Shown in pieces: positions 60,605 to 64,000 of a stretch of 64,000 bases of DNA (positions are counted from its first letter, which is position 1; the number at the start of each line of letters is the position of its first letter). This DNA is from Podarcis filfolensis. Its lineage: Eukaryota. The position numbers were made by a program, and so were the translations under genes. Under the pieces are notes generated by a model. It saw only the letters and a program-made list of their open reading frames with translations. It was not told where the DNA came from and searched no databases. The stretch lies in the NCBI GenBank assembly GCA_964270895.1, contig OZ185435.1, one strand, 5' to 3'.

Positions 60605-62013
60605 CTGCAATGAACGAGAAGACCAAAGGATATTCAGGTATATCTAGCTGTCTATACTGACTGAGGACATATAAACTGGGGCAATACCATGACTGCTAGG
60701 GAAGCTGAATTCAGTGGGGATCTGTTAGGGATATGCCAACAGGAATCATTGCTTCACTGTCTAGATATCCTTGGGTCTCACACCAACAAGTTTCCCATCC
60801 TCATGGCTATGACTACTATGAATAATCTGTGTTTTTCTCGGTTCATCTAGCTATATTCCATCAAAGGACAGTTCACCATGAGACAACATCCACACAGCTT
60901 TAGCTCTAATGAGAGTATGTTTATGACATTTCTTCCCATCCCCTGCACTTCTTGGTGAAGACCACTCTTATCACAGCCAACAACTGTCTCACACATCACC
61001 AGGCAGCTCACCCTCTTCAAATGTGCATTGGCACTATACGAATAAAGCACAATGAGGTCTCCTCTTTTCTAGTGGAGCCAAGGTGATGGCTTTTGGATGG
61101 AAGTAAGACTGAAGAAGAATTGTTCTTGGAATGGCTGGCAGCCATGGAGGAGTCACTCACATGACCCTCTCAAGCACTGGTCCCTGCCTACCACACTGGC
61201 AGGACAATCAGAAGGAGGACAGGAGGTCAATTCACCTGTCTGGTATTTCAATTGGCCTATAAAGCCTGGGGGGGGGGGGCAGAATCTTTTTTATGTACTT
61301 CCAAACTGATCCTTGCACTACTTTGGGTAATGTCATGATGGTCAATAGAAGCGTAGTCCAGCAAATCAAAATCAGGGAAGGGATAACAATGTAAGTGAAC
61401 AGAATGCCAAGTTCCAGAGAAGGTTAATAGTTAAAGTCACCAACAGATCCTCCAATCCACCTGTGGCCCAACCAACTAAATGATTTGATCCTAACATAAA
61501 CCAAAAATAACAGCTTGGCTCCAGTTCACTTGAAAGATCAATTTGCCCCACATGTGCCTACATGAGTTCTTCAAACTGCAGAGTTTCCACTTTTATAAGT
61601 GCCATATAATGTTTGTTTCACATCTGTTGGGAGTTAGTCTTTCAGCATGGCAGCATCTGTCCTTTGGAACTCTCTGCTGTTAACATCTGGCAGGAAACTT
61701 TGTTTACTCTTTTAGGCACTTGCTCATACTTTTTAATTTAGTTAAACAAGCCTATCTAGATTTTAGTATTTGCTTTTAAGTTTTCCCTGATTTTATCTGT
61801 GCCCATTGGCAATTGTTCCATGTGGTTTTATGTACATTGCATTTTTTAAAAAGTGGTATATAAATTTTATAAATAAACAGCATATTCCTTTACACTCTTA
61901 AGTGCCACAGTGAGAGGAACTACAGGGAAGCTGCATTACATGAAAGGGGGCACCACTCTCCAAACAAAAAACACACAAAACAACAACATTCTTATACACA
62001 TTGGAGATTTTTA

Positions 62014-62126
62014 AGCAAGGGTTGGGTGGCCACCTGTCATGCATGCTTTAGTTGAGATTCCTGCATTACAGGGGGTTGGATTAGATGACCCTCAGGGTCC
62101 ATTCCAATGCTACAATCCTATGATTT
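62014..62126 (+). mobile_element. CR1 LINE 3' terminus
   Basis: gggggttggattagatgaccctcagggtccattccaatgctacaatcctatgatt; antisense relative at about 52163-52225. Confidence 0.75.
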
Positions 62127-62183
62127 GATCCTCTGCTTACTAAGCCAGCTTCCCTTCATTCCCATTTATACAATTGTTCTTAC

Positions 62184-62313
62184 CTTTAAAGGCATCATCC
62201 AGGTCCTCCTTATTGAAGACAATGGCCAGGTCATGAATGGCACAGGTGTGGAATTGCACTCGGAAGATCACATCTCGAGTTGGGCTACGGAACTCTTTGT
62301 GATAGCATTTCAA
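62184..62313 (-). CDS. TNS1: Tensin-1 coding exon, C2 domain: [43 protein letters not shown]
   Basis: 130 nt; acceptor ccggcag|TTG; donor AAA G|gtaaga; recognisable tensin C2 sequence. Confidence 0.97.
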
Positions 62314-62727
62314 CTGCCGGCGGGTGATGGGCAGTGAAGAGAAGGGAAGGGAAGAGTCATAAGCTTGGGGACCTGCCAGAAAACAAACGGTTCTCTCCAC
62401 CCCACACCAACTGCACAGTATCCCAGAGTAAGCAGATTGTGGCCTGCAGACTGTGCATGTCTCCAGCATCCTATTCTGGCATCTCCAAAACTGAACCACC
62501 TACTAATGCTGCATGTAGGGGTGGATGAATCTGTCCATGTCAGTTCCGAATTTTCTCAACCTTATGCAGTTTGCCCCATTTTTGCATCAATTTGAGAACA
62601 AAAAAATCTTCACAAATTCTGCATGCAAATTTGTATGCATTTTTGTGTGCATCTCTCCCAATATATGCATGTTTGTATGCACATTTGCCTAATACACACA
62701 TTTTTATGCAAGCAATTTCCCCTACTA

Positions 62728-62862
62728 CAGGCAAGGCAAACTCAGCCCTCCAGATGTTTTGGGACTACAACTCCCATCATCCCTAGCTAACAGGACCAGT
62801 GGTCAGGGATGATGGGAGCTGTAGTCCCAAAACATCTGGAGGGCCGAGTTTGCGTACGCCTG
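62728..62862. mobile_element. Palindromic hAT-type MITE with perfect 8-bp TSD
   Basis: CAGGC...GCCTG termini; ccctacta at 62720-62727 and 62863-62870. Confidence 0.9.
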
Positions 62863-62993
62863 CCCTACTATAATGTTTTGTATGTTATTGTCACTGACAT
62901 ATGCATAGTGGTGCAGTTTTTGGTTGGAGGACTCGTATCATAAAATTTGGAGAAGTGCAAATTTCAAAGGACAGCTGTGTTTCATTTTGCTAA

Positions 62994-63563
62994 GGCTGTG
63001 TACACACTATATAAGGTAAAAAAAGGTAAAGCACCCTGGACGGTTAAGTCCAGTCAAAGGTGACTATGGTGTTGCAGCGCTCATCTCCCTTTCAGGCCAA
63101 GGGAGCTGGTGTTTGTCCACAGACAGCTTTCCGGGTCATGTGGCCAGCATGACTAAACCGCCTCTGGCACACAGAGTACTGTGACGAGTGCCAAAGTGCA
63201 CAGAAACGCCATTTACCTTCCCGCCACAGTGGTACCTATTTATCTACTTGCACTGGCATGTTTTGAACTGCTAGGTTGGCAGGAGCTGGGACATAGCAAC
63301 GGGAGCTCACCCCGTCATGGGGATTCAAACCACCGACCTTCCGATCAGCAAGCCCAAGAGGCTCAGTGGTTTAGACCACAGCGCCACCCACATTCCCACA
63401 CTATATACCATATATTCAAAGCCCATGCACACACAAAGAATTATGGGAACTGGAGTTTGATAAGGATGCTGGAACTTGTAGCTCTGTGAGTAGTAAAAAA
63501 CCGTTCCTAGGTTTCTTTGGTGAAGAGAGGAATGTGCTTTAAATGTATGGTGTGTATGCAGCC
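62994..63563. mobile_element. PIF/Harbinger-like MITE interrupted by a Sauria SINE
   Basis: Inverted ends ggctgtgtacacac / gtgtgtatgcagcc; 3-bp flanks taa/tca; related to 27997-28214. Confidence 0.65.
63014..63396 (-). mobile_element. Sauria/Squam1 SINE, antisense copy with 11-bp TSD
   Basis: Reverse complement of the 42471/48451 family; cacactatata duplicated at 63003-63013 and 63397-63407. Confidence 0.92.
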
Positions 63564-63705
63564 TCATTGGTTCAGGAAGCATGAACTGAAATGTGAACAG
63601 AACTAACCTCTCTCTCATTCCTTGCTAAATTGAGTGAGCCAAAGGCCCACAATGGGAAAAAATGGACCAAAGCAAACAAACGAACCAGCTATGTTTTACT
63701 CTTAC

Positions 63706-63781
63706 CAAGATATCTCCCTTTAAGAGTAGTCCAGGCTCTATAGTGATGCAGATGCTGGTCTGACTGTCCCCCTGCACGTTG
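63706..63781 (-). CDS. TNS1: Tensin-1 coding exon, C2 domain: (Y)[25 protein letters not shown]
   Basis: 76 nt; acceptor ttctttgtag|C AAC; donor ATC TTG|gtaaga; peptide matches the tensin/PTEN-type C2 motif [15 protein letters not shown]; phase 0 into the next exon. Confidence 0.95.
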
Positions 63782-64000
63782 CTACAAAGAAGAAGAAATA
63801 AGTTAAGCACAGACAGCTGGGATGCTGTTCCCTAAAGTTGGGTCCACATAGGAGCCTCATCTACTCGGGCAGATCTAAACAGGAAATTGGGACAGAAGAA
63901 CAGAGGAGAGCCAACTAGTGTGAGAGTTTGGGGCTGCCTTGGTTGGCTACAGTTCCTTTGCCACTCACACTGATCATTCCTGTCTTATTTGGAGAGATTA

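Larger units (their letters stand above)
62516..63623 (+). mobile_element. Same TAGGG hAT-like family, interrupted by three nested insertions
   Basis: Collinear with 16949-17348 (gaatctgtc..., gagaagtgcaaatttcaaagg, gtgaacagaac...ctcattcct) once 62728-62862 and 62994-63563 are removed. Confidence 0.7.

Noticed and set aside
62183-62192. CArG match CCTTTAAAGG
   Set aside because: Explained by codons AFK plus the splice donor.
1-64000. Remaining short ORFs in the track; CRISPR arrays or prokaryote-type systems
   Set aside because: The ORFs are random intronic or TE-derived frames. The tandem repeats have no spacers, and the DNA is vertebrate intron.

Overview
Vertebrate nuclear DNA from a squamate, most likely a lacertid lizard, judged from Sauria/Squam1, Squam3-type and tRNA-Ala-headed SINEs, RTE-BovB, Penelope-like fragments and hAT/Tc1/Harbinger MITEs. 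The whole window lies inside one minus-strand gene, tensin-1 (TNS1). Ten coding exons were reconstructed by hand with canonical GT-AG sites and a continuous frame: 63781-63706, 62313-62184, 60604-60539, 59656-59540, 30306-28570, 23773-23687, 15149-14950, 14039-13964, 6444-6352 and 3290-3255. They run from the C2 domain through the disordered middle region; the 5' PTP exons and 3' SH2/PTB exons lie outside the window. The most interesting unexplained structure is in the 29-kb intron (59539-30307). It holds a coding-like, in-frame 76-codon segment behind a 3' splice site (57330-57101; candidate alternative last or poison exon). Further downstream it holds a Kozak-flanked ATG exon with a perfect phase-1 donor (40471-40369). 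Together these could split TNS1 into separate N-terminal (PTP-C2) and C-terminal (talin-site/SH2/PTB) proteins. Other highlights: an 87-nt cassette exon and a 36-nt microexon with long AG-exclusion zones and Rbfox/SRRM4-type motifs, an in-frame alternative donor (+63 nt), an R in place of the usually conserved W in RWDSY, a four-element nested transposon stack, and a Penelope-derived hairpin. Homology and repeat-family calls are from my recollection of sequences, not from database searches.
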